In this document: in pieces, positions 35,107 to 44,567 of the stretch | Layout of the letters: every line of letters starts with the position of its first letter | Position numbering within the stretch: position 1 is the first letter of the stretch | Assembly (NCBI GenBank): GCA_022839105.1 | Contig: JALHDH010000003.1 | Span: 66 to 64,065 of the forward strand | DNA length: 64,000 nt | Direction: 5' to 3' | DNA from: a bacterium | Lineage (GTDB): Bacteria > Vulcanimicrobiota > Xenobia > Xenobiales > Xenobiaceae | The notes under the pieces: model-generated | Told to the model about the DNA's origin: nothing | The model's database searches: none | Seen by the model: only the letters and a program-made list of their open reading frames with translations | Program-made: the position numbers and the translations under genes

Positions 35107-37326
35107 TCAGCCTTCGCGGTCAGGCTCCGGGGCGATCGGGGGCGCCGTGGGGGAGGGCAGGCCGGCCGGCTCCCGACGCCGGCGAAGCTGGCGCCACCAG
35201 GACCCCAGTCGGCCCGCCCGCATGGCCAGCCAGAGCACGCCGAGCAACCAGAGCGCCTGGGCCAGGCCGGTCAGGGCCGGCTCAAGCCAGGTCCCGCCCA
35301 GCAGGACCTCCCCCAGGACCAGAAGCGCCCAGCCCCAGGCCAGGGTCTTCCAGAACCGGTCCTCGATCAGGCGGAAGCCCCCGCCCAGCAGGACCAGGGC
35401 GAACAGGAACCAGCCCGCCGAGGCGGCCAGGGAGTTTGAAGCCCAGAGGATCTGGACGGAGGGAGCCTCCTCGCCCGAGACCATCAACCGGCTGAAGTCC
35501 AGGCTCCTCCCGGAAGGGCGCCGGGGCACCTGCGCCTGGACCGGGAAGACCCCTCGGACCAGCCCCGGGGTCCGGGCTGCCTGCGAGTCCGGACCCGAGG
35601 CAGACTCATTGCCGTCGGCCTCGGAAGGCGCGGGGGCGGAGGCCTCCAGGCTCCCCCCCAGCAGGGTGGGGAAGGAGCGGCTGTGGCGGCGCTCGGGTGC
35701 CGGAGGCTCCATGGTGCCGCCCAGGTGCAGGACCTGACGCTCGCCGGGCAGGTCCACCTGCCAGGTCATCTCCGAGATCGGGATGTCGACCCGAGGGGCC
35801 TGCAGCCGGGTCCAGGCCAGCGGGCCCGACCCGTCGACCTGCCGCACCCAGGTCAGGACGACCGGGAAGGTGGCCATCTCGCCGCCGCGGCCGGCGGAGA
35901 GGACCAGGGGGATGCGGACCCGGCCATCGGGCTCCTGGGTGGGCCGGGCCGGCCGGCCGTCCACGAAGGCGCTCCAGAGCTCGGCCCCCTCGGGCAGGGC
36001 CAGCAGGAGGCCCTGGCGGCTGTTGTTGCGGACCTGCCAGGTGAAGATCGAGAGGGCCTTGCCCTCCTCGGTCAGCAAGGTCCGGCCCTGAGCCGAGTCG
36101 ATGGTGGCGTCGAGCACCGCCACCTCCTGGCCCTTGCGGGATTCCAGCCCGATGTGGTAGGGCTGGCGGTGAGACTCATAGGCCAGCAGGATCGGCGAGC
36201 CGGCCATGGTGTGGACGGGGGCGGGCAGATCCTGTTGGACGTCGATCCGGCGGGCCTCCTGCAGATCGTCGCGGGGGAGGAGCTCCAAAGGCCCGGAGCT
36301 GCAGACCCCGATCGAGGCCTTGACCCGCTCGGCCCCTTCCAGATAGACGAAGGGCAGGCTCCAGCGGCTGTCGGCCTCCGCAAGCTCGGCCTCGGTGGTC
36401 AGTTCCACGGTCAGATCGCCCGAGGCCGGCTGGCTCAAGAGGATCGTCAGGAGGCGGTCCTTGGGTCGGTCCTCGGTGCGCCAGGAGTCGAGGTCGGGGC
36501 ATTCGACCGAGAGCACCTCGGCGTCCCGGGGGATGAGGACCTGGATCTGGCCCACCTCGTTGCGCAGGATCGACACATCGAGCCGGGCCCGGGTCTGCAG
36601 GGCCTTCTCCGAGACCCGGACCAACTGGTAGATCCGCCCGTACAGCCGGGCCTTCTCGCGGGTCACCAGGCCCCTGGCGCCGGGGTCCGCCTGGAGCGAG
36701 AGCCAGCTCAGCCGCACCGGGGGCGAGGCGTCTGCCGGCAAGGCTCCCCGGGCGATGGTCCGGGGGCCCTCGGGACGGGTCTGCAGGGGGATCCCGGGGG
36801 AGGCCTTGAGTCGGAGCTGTCGGCCCGGCACCGACATGGTCCAGGTCGAGATGGCGGTCTGGGGGACGACCAGATCCAGGAACCGCGAGGGGGAGTCCTC
36901 CTGGACCGGCAGGTGGTAGACCAGTTCCAGCCGATGCGTCCCGATCCCCCGGACCAGGACATGGCCCACGGCGTCCTTGGGGAAGACCGAGACCGGTTTT
37001 CCGTCCAGCCGGGCCTCCTGCACGATCACCCCGGTGGGGAGCAGGGGGATCTCGTGAAAGCCGCCGCCCAGGATCCGGATCGCCAGATCCGCCTGGACGC
37101 GGGCCCAATCGCCCTGGACCCGGAATCCGTACTGGCCGCGGGCCAACGAGAAGGCCACCGGGGCCGGGGGCTTTCCGGCAGGAGAGGGGGCCGGTTCGGT
37201 GAGCTTCAGGAACTCGGCCAGGGGGAGCGTCACCTTGCCCTGGGACTTCGGCGCCTCTTCGGCGCGGGCCAGGGGGATGCAGGTCAGCAGGGCGGCCAGG
37301 AGGGCCACCAGGATGCGGGCTCTCAA
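35107..37326 (-). CDS. Uncharacterised envelope protein, paralogue A (signal peptide, long ectodomain, C-terminal multi-TM block)
   Basis: TTG start at 37326 with AGGAGG 7-8 nt upstream, overlapping the stop of paralogue B (TTGA). Signal peptide (M)RARILVALLAALLTCIPLARA. Collinear similarity to B and C throughout. C-terminal TM helices and a Pro/Arg tail. Confidence 0.8.
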   Translation of the reverse strand: MRARILVALLAALLTCIPLARAEEAPKSQGKVTLPLAEFLKLTEPAPSPAGKPPAPVAFSLARGQYGFRVQGDWARVQADLAIRILGGGFHEIPLLPTGVIVQEARLDGKPVSVFPKDAVGHVLVRGIGTHRLELVYHLPVQEDSPSRFLDLVVPQTAISTWTMSVPGRQLRLKASPGIPLQTRPEGPRTIARGALPADASPPVRLSWLSLQADPGARGLVTREKARLYGRIYQLVRVSEKALQTRARLDVSILRNEVGQIQVLIPRDAEVLSVECPDLDSWRTEDRPKDRLLTILLSQPASGDLTVELTTEAELAEADSRWSLPFVYLEGAERVKASIGVCSSGPLELLPRDDLQEARRIDVQQDLPAPVHTMAGSPILLAYESHRQPYHIGLESRKGQEVAVLDATIDSAQGRTLLTEEGKALSIFTWQVRNNSRQGLLLALPEGAELWSAFVDGRPARPTQEPDGRVRIPLVLSAGRGGEMATFPVVLTWVRQVDGSGPLAWTRLQAPRVDIPISEMTWQVDLPGERQVLHLGGTMEPPAPERRHSRSFPTLLGGSLEASAPAPSEADGNESASGPDSQAARTPGLVRGVFPVQAQVPRRPSGRSLDFSRLMVSGEEAPSVQILWASNSLAASAGWFLFALVLLGGGFRLIEDRFWKTLAWGWALLVLGEVLLGGTWLEPALTGLAQALWLLGVLWLAMRAGRLGSWWRQLRRRREPAGLPSPTAPPIAPEPDREG

Positions 37327-39602
37327 GATGCCACCTCCTGCTCGGGACGATCCTCGGGTTCGGGGGGGGGCGGGTCGGACCGGCGGCGCCTGAGGAGCTC
37401 GAAGAGCCGGCCACGCTGGCGCCAGAGCCACCCGAGCCCCGGCAGCGCCAGGCCGGCCAGGGCTCCCGAGATCGGCGCCGCTGCCGGGGTCCCGTCCAGG
37501 AACCCGGCCAGGAGGATCAGGGCCAGCGCCCCCCCGGCCAGCTTCTTCCAGCCCTCGGGCCGGCCGGCGAGCCCCAGGCCCCAGGCCAGCGCGATCAACC
37601 CGGCGCCCCACCAGGCGGCCTCCAGGAGTTGGGGGCGGTAGTAGCGCACCCGCAGGGTGGGGGATTCCTCGCCCACCATCAACTGGGTGAAGCGATGCCC
37701 CCGGCCTGCCAGCGGGACCCGCACGCGGACCGGGAAGGAACCCTGGCTGGTGGTCTGGACCATCTGGGCCATGGCGCTCTGCGGGGCCTCTTCAGGCACT
37801 TCCTGGAGATCCTCGGGCGCAAGCCCCTTCCCGTCCATCTCGGCCTCATCGGCGGCCACGCCGGGAGCGGCCGCCTGGGGGGCGGGAGCCGGCCGGTCCT
37901 GGGACTTCCTCTTCTCGGCAGACCCGGAGCGCAGGAACTCCTCCTGGCCGGCCGTGACCGGGGGGGCGGGAAGGGAGGGTCCTTCTTCGGAGGGCTCGAC
38001 GCTACCCGAGAAGCCGAAGGTCTTCCAGTCCCGGGGCAGGTAGACCGCCCAGGAGAGCTGCGAGGTGGGGACGCCCGGCAACAGCGGGGCTTCCAGCCGG
38101 GCCGAGCCCAACCAGGCGCGACCGGTCTCGGCGCCCACGAAGGTGATCTCCACGGGGAAGCTGGCCAGTTCCTGTTCCTTGTGCCGAGAGGAGATCAGGG
38201 GGAGCTTGAGCAGCGGCCCTTCCTGGACGGGCTTGATGGCCTGCCCGTCCACGAAGGCGCTCCAGATCCGGGCCCCTTCGGGCAGCAGGACCTTCAGGTA
38301 CTGGTTCTGGTTGTTGCGCAACTGCCAGGTGAAGGTCGAGATGGTCCTGCCCTGGGGAGTCACCAGGGTCTGCCCCGAGGCCTCGTCGACCGCGGCCGTC
38401 AGCAGGGGAACCTGTCTGCCCAGGCGGCTCTCCACGCGGACCGACCAGGCCCCCGAGTGGGACTCGAAGGCCAGGACGGGGGGGCGGGTTCCCAGGCTCA
38501 GGACCTGGGGCGGCAACTGGGAGGGGTCGGTGCGCCGGATGCCCTGGGAGGTGTCGGCCGGCGTCAGCTCCAGGGCCTCGCTGGCCGAGACGCCCACCCA
38601 GGAGCGGGAACTCTCGGCCCCGAGGAGTTCCAGCCGAGGCAGCTCCCAGGTCGAGTCGGGGTTGGCCAGGGGGGATTCCAGGGTCAGGTTGATCTGGAGG
38701 TTTCCGCTGACGGGCTTGGAGAGGGCCAGGTGGACGCGGTGCCCGGAAGGGTCGTCCAGGACCTCCCAGCCCGTCAGGCCGGGACAGGAAAGCTCGGCCA
38801 CCTGCGCGCCCGGAGGGATCCCCAGGACCAGCGAGTCGACCTGGTTGCGCTGGATGGTGCACTCCAGGAGGAGCCGACTGCGGATCTCCCGCTCCGAGAC
38901 CTGGGACATGCCGTAGAGCCGGGCCGAGAGGCGGGCCTTCTCGCGCCTGGCCTCACCCGAGAGTCCGGGGTCCGAGGCGCGCGGGGACCAGCTCAACTTC
39001 GTGCCCTGCGCTCCGGGCAGCGGCATCCGGACCAGGGTCCGTCCGCCCTCCGGAGAGAGCTCCAGCGGGAGCGGAGGGGTGGAGTCGATCTTCAACGAGG
39101 CTCCGGGCAGGAGCATCCTGGCCGTGCCCGGGGCGCCGGCGAGGGAGCGGAACTCGAAGCTCCGGGCGGCCCCCTCGACGACCAGCGGGACATGGTAGAC
39201 CATGCGGATCCGGTGGAGTCCCCGGCCCCGGGCCAGGAAGCGGAGGGTCCCCTCCTTCTCGTAGACCGGGACGGCCGAATCATCCAGGGTGGTCCGGGCC
39301 AGGACCACCCCCGAGGCCATCAGCGGGATCTCCCGCCAGCCGTCGGCCTGGAGGTTCAGGTCCACCCGAGCGTCCACCTCCACCCATTCCCGGTCCGCCT
39401 CCAGCGAATAGCGTCCGTTGGAGAAGAAGTGGAGCTGGGAAGGGGCGGCCACCGGAGAGCCCGGCGAGGCGGCCGGCGCGCTCAGGCGCAGGTACTCCTC
39501 CAGGGGAAGGGTCACCGTGCCCCCCGGTCCGGATTCGGCGCGCAGGCTCGCGCTGCTCGCCAGCCAGAGTCCGAAGAGAAGAAGCAGGAAGCGGGCTCTC
39601 AT
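37323..39602 (-). CDS. Uncharacterised envelope protein, paralogue B
   Basis: ATG 39602 overlaps the stop of paralogue C (ATGA). Signal peptide MRARFLLLLFGLWLASSASLRA. Shared motifs VTLPLEEYL, KARLSARL, FTWQLRNN, LPEGARIWSAFVDG. C-terminal TM block. Confidence 0.8.
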   Translation of the reverse strand: MRARFLLLLFGLWLASSASLRAESGPGGTVTLPLEEYLRLSAPAASPGSPVAAPSQLHFFSNGRYSLEADREWVEVDARVDLNLQADGWREIPLMASGVVLARTTLDDSAVPVYEKEGTLRFLARGRGLHRIRMVYHVPLVVEGAARSFEFRSLAGAPGTARMLLPGASLKIDSTPPLPLELSPEGGRTLVRMPLPGAQGTKLSWSPRASDPGLSGEARREKARLSARLYGMSQVSEREIRSRLLLECTIQRNQVDSLVLGIPPGAQVAELSCPGLTGWEVLDDPSGHRVHLALSKPVSGNLQINLTLESPLANPDSTWELPRLELLGAESSRSWVGVSASEALELTPADTSQGIRRTDPSQLPPQVLSLGTRPPVLAFESHSGAWSVRVESRLGRQVPLLTAAVDEASGQTLVTPQGRTISTFTWQLRNNQNQYLKVLLPEGARIWSAFVDGQAIKPVQEGPLLKLPLISSRHKEQELASFPVEITFVGAETGRAWLGSARLEAPLLPGVPTSQLSWAVYLPRDWKTFGFSGSVEPSEEGPSLPAPPVTAGQEEFLRSGSAEKRKSQDRPAPAPQAAAPGVAADEAEMDGKGLAPEDLQEVPEEAPQSAMAQMVQTTSQGSFPVRVRVPLAGRGHRFTQLMVGEESPTLRVRYYRPQLLEAAWWGAGLIALAWGLGLAGRPEGWKKLAGGALALILLAGFLDGTPAAAPISGALAGLALPGLGWLWRQRGRLFELLRRRRSDPPPPEPEDRPEQEVAS

Positions 39603-41779
39603 GGCTCCCCTCCTTGGCCCCGGAGCCGCGCCAGGATCCAGGCCCGGTTCCGGTAGAGCCAGCAGGCCATCAAGAGGACAAGCCCTCGGGTGGCCCAGAG
39701 CAGCGCCGGCCCCAGGGGCGTGTCGGAGGTCCACCCCCGGACCACCCAGAGCCCGGCCAGGACGGTGAAGAGGATCGCGATTCCCCGCTCCCGACCGGTC
39801 TGGCGCCACCCCAGCGCCAGGGTCAGCCCCAGCGCCAGCAGGGCCAGACCGGCCTGGAGGGTCTGGGAACCGGTGTACAGGAGCACCTCGGGGGACTCGT
39901 CCGGGTTGAGGACCAGGCGCGAGAACTGGAAGGATTGTCCTCGGGCGGGGATGTTGAACTTCACGGGGAGGGTGCCCCGGCTAGCCTGCTGGACCATCCC
40001 CGAGAGCTGAGCGGACTTGAGGGCTTCGTCCTTGGAGACCTCCCGGCGCAGGGCTCGGCCCTCCGGAGCGGGCTCCGGGGCGGATTCGTTCCGGGGAAGG
40101 CCGGGGGAGCGCGCCGGTGCAGACCGGATCGTTCCGGGCTGCATGGTTCCGCCGACGTGCCAGATCCACTCCTCCAGGGGCAGGAAGACCGTCCAGTTCA
40201 TCACCGAGCAGGGCATGTCCACCCGGGGCGCCTGGAGGCGGTGTCGGCCCGAAAGGCCCGGGGGAGGCGGCTCCTGGACGTAGGTCAGCTCAACCGGGAA
40301 GGCGTCCCTGCCTTCCAGGCTCGAGGCCACCAGGGGAAGCCGGATCTCGCCCCGGGCCCCCTGGACCGGACGGGCAGGCTGGCCGTCCAGGGTCGTGGTG
40401 AGCAGGGTGGCGCCCTCGGGGAGCCGGATCTCCAGGCTCTGTTTGAGGTTGTTGCGGATCTGCCAGGTCCAGGAGGTGACCAGCTTGCCGTCCCGGGTGA
40501 CCAGGGTCAGCCCCGAGGCCTCGTCGACCGTGGCGGTCAGGACCGGAAGTTCCTGGCCCTTGCGGGTTTCCAGCCGGATGGTCCAGGGCTGGCGGTGGAA
40601 CTCGAAGGCCCGGAGAAGGGCGAAGGAGGCCTGGTCGCGGACCTCGGAGGGCAGTTCCGAGACGTCGATGGCGCGGACCCCTTCAGACCCGGCCGGCTGG
40701 ATCTCGATTCCTCCCAGCGAGCCGATTCCGATCGAGCCCTTGACCCTCTCGGCGCCGATCACCTCCGGGGCGGCGAGTTCCCAGGTCGAGTCCACCTTCT
40801 TGAGGGGCTGGGTCAACCCCAGGTTCAGGGTGTGGCTCCCGCTGACCGGAGTCGAGAGCCGGATCAGGAGATCCTTGCGCTCGGCCCGGGGCGACTCGGA
40901 CCAGCCCGCGAGGTTGGCGCAGGCCACCTCCTCGACCTCCACCCCCGAGGGCAGGCGCACCGTGAAGCGATCCACCTCGTTGCGCAGGATCGTCATGTCC
41001 ACGCGGACCTGGGAGCGGACCTCGGTCTCGGAGACGGTCACCAGGTCGTGGATCCGGGCGCTGAGCCGGGCCTTCTGCTGGTCTGCCTTGCCGCGCAGGG
41101 CGGGATCCGCCCGGAGCGGGGTCCACGAGAAGCGGACCTGGTCACCCCCTCCGGGAATGGTTCCCCGGAAGAGGGTGCGCGTCCCCTCGTCCTGTCGGGT
41201 CAGGGGGAGCGAGGGCGAAGTCTTGAGCTCCAGGCCCCGGTCCGGGATCACCAGCACGAAGCCCGAGACCGAACTGGGCGGAGTCTGCAGATCCGCGCTG
41301 CGGGTGGCCCCGTCCAGGCGGACGGGCAGGTTCCAGGTGACCTGGAGCTTGTGGGAGCCCGTCCGTTCGACCGGGAGGAAGAACCGGCCCTCCTTGCGGT
41401 ACAGGGCCAGGGGAGCGCCGTCCAGCCGGGCCTCTTCCAGGACCAGGTCGGCCGGAAGCAAGGGGACCTCGACCCAGCCGGGCTGGTAGACCTGCAATTC
41501 CAGCTCGCCTTGGACCTGAACCCAGTCCGGCCGGGCCTCCAGGCGGTATTGGCCACGCGAGAAGAGGAAGGGAACCGGCACTGCGGGCCCGGCCTGCCCC
41601 CCCGCCGGGGTGCCGGGTTTTCGGACCATCTGCAGGAAGCTCTCCAGGGGCAGGGTGACCTGCCCCTGGGCCGGGGGAACGGGTTGGTCCGCCAGGACCG
41701 GAGGACTCCAGGTGGCCAGCGCCAGCACGGCCAGCGCCAGCGCCAGGAGGCTCGAAAGATGCCACGACGAGGACCGCAT
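39599..41779 (-). CDS. Uncharacterised envelope protein, paralogue C
   Basis: ATG 41779 (GGGGGTG upstream; GTG 41785 is an alternative). Signal peptide ending LATWSPPVLA. Shared motifs VTLPLESFL, KARLSARI, WTWQIRNN, LPEGATL...LDG. C-terminal TM block. Confidence 0.8.
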   Translation of the reverse strand: MRSSSWHLSSLLALALAVLALATWSPPVLADQPVPPAQGQVTLPLESFLQMVRKPGTPAGGQAGPAVPVPFLFSRGQYRLEARPDWVQVQGELELQVYQPGWVEVPLLPADLVLEEARLDGAPLALYRKEGRFFLPVERTGSHKLQVTWNLPVRLDGATRSADLQTPPSSVSGFVLVIPDRGLELKTSPSLPLTRQDEGTRTLFRGTIPGGGDQVRFSWTPLRADPALRGKADQQKARLSARIHDLVTVSETEVRSQVRVDMTILRNEVDRFTVRLPSGVEVEEVACANLAGWSESPRAERKDLLIRLSTPVSGSHTLNLGLTQPLKKVDSTWELAAPEVIGAERVKGSIGIGSLGGIEIQPAGSEGVRAIDVSELPSEVRDQASFALLRAFEFHRQPWTIRLETRKGQELPVLTATVDEASGLTLVTRDGKLVTSWTWQIRNNLKQSLEIRLPEGATLLTTTLDGQPARPVQGARGEIRLPLVASSLEGRDAFPVELTYVQEPPPPGLSGRHRLQAPRVDMPCSVMNWTVFLPLEEWIWHVGGTMQPGTIRSAPARSPGLPRNESAPEPAPEGRALRREVSKDEALKSAQLSGMVQQASRGTLPVKFNIPARGQSFQFSRLVLNPDESPEVLLYTGSQTLQAGLALLALGLTLALGWRQTGRERGIAILFTVLAGLWVVRGWTSDTPLGPALLWATRGLVLLMACWLYRNRAWILARLRGQGGEP

Positions 41780-41882
41780 GTTCACCCCCCGGTCTGGTTC
41801 TTCAATGCCTCATCGGTCGCCAGACCAGCCCGGTCTATTTCGCCCTTGGCGCCGGAATCCCCCAGTCGGGTTGCAGCGAAGC

Positions 41883-43274
41883 CTAGAAGTGGACCGGGCT
41901 TCCCGTGACCGCCAGGGCCGCCTCCTTGAGGGCCTCGGACAGGGTGGGATGGGCGTGGCACGAGCGCGCCAGATCCTCGGAGGTGGCTCCGAATTCCATG
42001 GCCAGGACCACCTCGGCGATCAGGTCTCCGGCCCGGGGGCCCAGGACATGGGCCCCCAGCAGGCGATCCGTCTCTTCGTCGGCCAGCAGCTTGACCAGCC
42101 CGTCGGTGTTGGAGAGGGCCTTGGCCCGGCCATTGGCCGAGAAGGGGAACTCGCCCTTGCGGTAGGCCACGCCCTGCTCTTTGAGTTCGTCCTCGGTGCG
42201 GCCCACGCTGGCCAGCTCCGGATCGGTGTAGACGATGCCCGGGATCGCCTCGTAGTTCACGTGACAGTGCCCGCGTGCGAGGAACTCGGCCAAAGCCATC
42301 CCCTCCTCTGAAGCCTTGTGGGCCAGCATGGGCCCCGGCGTGCAGTCACCCAGGGCGTAGACGCCCGGGACCGAGGTGGCCAGGTTCTGGTCCACCAGGA
42401 TCCGCCCCCGCTCGTCGGTGCGCACGCCCAGCTCCTCCAGGCCCAGGCCCTCGGTGCGGGGCCGTCGGCCCGTGGCCAGCAGGACCCGGTCGCACTCCAG
42501 GGCGGGGGCTCCCTGGATTTCCACCACGCAGCCCCTTTCGGCGAGCCGGGCCGAGGTCACCCGGGCTCCCAGTCGGAACTCCAGGCCCTGGCGCTCGTAG
42601 AGCCGTCGGGCCTTGCGGCAGATCTCCGAGTCCATCCCCGGGAGGATCCGGTCAGCGTACTCCAGGAAGACCACCTTCGAGCCCAGGCGCGACCACACCG
42701 TTCCCAGTTCCAGGCCGATCACCCCGGCGCCGATCACCACCAGGCGCCCGGGGACTTCCGGGTAGGCCAGCGCCTGGGTGCTGGTCCCGATTCGATCCCC
42801 GTCCATCTCCACGCCGGGCAGGGTGGCCGGGACGCTGCCCGTCGCGATCGCCACGTGGCGAGCCGTCCAGATGGTTTCCTCGCCTTCGGCCGAGCGCACG
42901 GCCACCTGGTCGGGAGCCAGCAGGCGGGCCGTCCCGCGCACCCGCTGCACCCCGTTCTTGTCGAAGAGCCCGGCGATCCCGCGGGTCAGTTGCCGGACGA
43001 TGGCGTCCTTGCGCTTGTGGATGGCCGCGAGATCGAAGCCGACCTCGCGGGCCTGGACCCCGAAGGCCTGCAGGCCGTGGAGGGTGCGATGGTAGACCTC
43101 GCTGGACTCCAGGAGGGCCTTGGAGGGAATGCAGCCGACCCGCAGGCAGGTCCCTCCCAGGAGTTCCTCCTCTTCCACGCAGGCCGTCCGCAGGCCCAGT
43201 TGGGCGGCCCGGATCGCGGCCACATAGCCGCCCGGTCCGCCGCCGATCACCATCAGATCGAGATTCTCAGGCAT
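41883..43274 (-). CDS. lpdA: Dihydrolipoyl dehydrogenase
   Basis: LMVIGGGPGGYVAAIRAAQLGL, redox-active GGTCLRVGCIPSKALL, second dinucleotide fold VVIGAGVIGLELG, and C-terminal HAHPTLSEAL. Confidence 0.95.
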   Translation of the reverse strand: MPENLDLMVIGGGPGGYVAAIRAAQLGLRTACVEEEELLGGTCLRVGCIPSKALLESSEVYHRTLHGLQAFGVQAREVGFDLAAIHKRKDAIVRQLTRGIAGLFDKNGVQRVRGTARLLAPDQVAVRSAEGEETIWTARHVAIATGSVPATLPGVEMDGDRIGTSTQALAYPEVPGRLVVIGAGVIGLELGTVWSRLGSKVVFLEYADRILPGMDSEICRKARRLYERQGLEFRLGARVTSARLAERGCVVEIQGAPALECDRVLLATGRRPRTEGLGLEELGVRTDERGRILVDQNLATSVPGVYALGDCTPGPMLAHKASEEGMALAEFLARGHCHVNYEAIPGIVYTDPELASVGRTEDELKEQGVAYRKGEFPFSANGRAKALSNTDGLVKLLADEETDRLLGAHVLGPRAGDLIAEVVLAMEFGATSEDLARSCHAHPTLSEALKEAALAVTGSPVHF

Positions 43275-43428
43275 GGAAGCCCTCCCTGCAGGTCTTTGAA
43301 GGGTTGCCTTCTTGGGCGGGAGGGCGGGAACCTCCAGGAGTCCGGGCCGGTTCCCAGGTTGTCGGGGTCGAGATTTCCCCGGCTTTCTCGAAGGGAACCG
43401 TCCCCGCAGGCAAGAAGGAATCACTCCC

Positions 43429-44475
43429 ATGGAAACGCGCAACCTCGTCCTGATCGGCACCAGTGATCTCAACGACAGGCGGATGCTGGCCGCCCTGCTG
43501 GAGGGCAACGAATACGATGTCGCCACGGCCGGCGACTCGGGCAGTCTTCGCGATCAGCTTCGTCAGCGCCAGCCCAGCCTGATCCTGGTGGACGCCTACC
43601 TCCCCGGGATGGAGGTGGCCGACATCCTCCGGGCCATGAAGTCCGATCCCGACATGGCCGAAATCCCGGTCCTCGGCATCGTCCCGGCCAAGGATGTGGT
43701 CTTGCGCCAGACCCTGCGACGCGCGGGTGCCGACGATCTGGTGGACCGGCCCTTCGATGCGGACGAGATCCTGCTGCGCCTGCGGACGGCCCTGGGGATG
43801 CGGCACCAGGCCCAGGAGTCGGCCAACCTCGAGAAGCTGCTCTTCTCGGTGGTCTCGGCCTTCGAGTCGCGCGAGGAGGCCAAGAAGGGCCACCCCGAGC
43901 GTGTGGCCCGCATGACCCGGCGTCTGGGCGAACGGATGCAGCTCTCCCCGGCGGACCAGGAGGCCCTCTACAAAGGTGGAATCCTGCACGATATCGGGAT
44001 GATCAAGGTGCCCAAACACGTGGTCGACAAGCCCGGAGCCCTGACCTCCGAAGAGTTCGAGCTGATGAAGCTGCACACCATCTGGGGAGAGCGCATGTGC
44101 CGCCCGGTCCAGTCGCTCCAGCGCGTCCTGCCCATCATCCGCCACCACCACGAGCAGATGGACGGAAAGGGCTACCCGGACGGCCTGGTCGGAGAGCAGA
44201 TCCCCCGGCTGGCCAGGATCCTGGCCGTGGCCGAGGTCTTCGATGCCCTCTCTTCGGACCGGCCCTATCGGCCCCGCATGAGTCGTCCCGAAGCCCTGCG
44301 CTACCTCCATGAGTACGCCAGCCGCAACTGGCTCGACGCCGAGATCGTTGCGCAGTTCCTCAAGATGGTCGACGAGGAGGGCTGGCCGGAGATCCCTCCT
44401 CTGGAACACGAGACATTGAACCTCGAGAAATCGGCCGCCCCGGGGGGAATCCGGGACAAGAAGACTCCGGCCTGA
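43429..44475 (+). CDS. Response regulator with HD-GYP output domain (RpfG-like c-di-GMP phosphodiesterase)
   Basis: Receiver domain (LVLIGTSD...LILVDAYLPGMEVADIL), then HPERVA, ILHDIGMIKVP and HHHEQMDGKGYPDGL. Confidence 0.9.
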   Translation: METRNLVLIGTSDLNDRRMLAALLEGNEYDVATAGDSGSLRDQLRQRQPSLILVDAYLPGMEVADILRAMKSDPDMAEIPVLGIVPAKDVVLRQTLRRAGADDLVDRPFDADEILLRLRTALGMRHQAQESANLEKLLFSVVSAFESREEAKKGHPERVARMTRRLGERMQLSPADQEALYKGGILHDIGMIKVPKHVVDKPGALTSEEFELMKLHTIWGERMCRPVQSLQRVLPIIRHHHEQMDGKGYPDGLVGEQIPRLARILAVAEVFDALSSDRPYRPRMSRPEALRYLHEYASRNWLDAEIVAQFLKMVDEEGWPEIPPLEHETLNLEKSAAPGGIRDKKTPA

Positions 44476-44567
44476 TCCCCTCGATCAGCCGGACCCCTCC
44501 CGATTTGAGAGCCCCCTGGCCTCGCAGTGCGCATGGTCGGGCCCGGGAGATTCTGAAGGAGCCCTTC

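Noticed and set aside
41786-41882. An inverted repeat GGTCTGG...CCAGACC (41791-41826) as a terminator or operator between lpdA and the paralogue operon.
   Set aside because: It has only a 7-bp stem with a 22-nt loop and no U-tract on the minus strand, which is too weak to call.
35683-41908. Three long plus-strand ORFs (652, 675 and 764 aa) opposite the paralogue triplet.
   Set aside because: Their products are G/R/P/Q/H/D-rich with no signal peptides, TM segments or motifs. The minus-strand products have signal peptides, mutual homology, SD sequences and coupled stops and starts. The plus-strand ORFs are antisense shadows.
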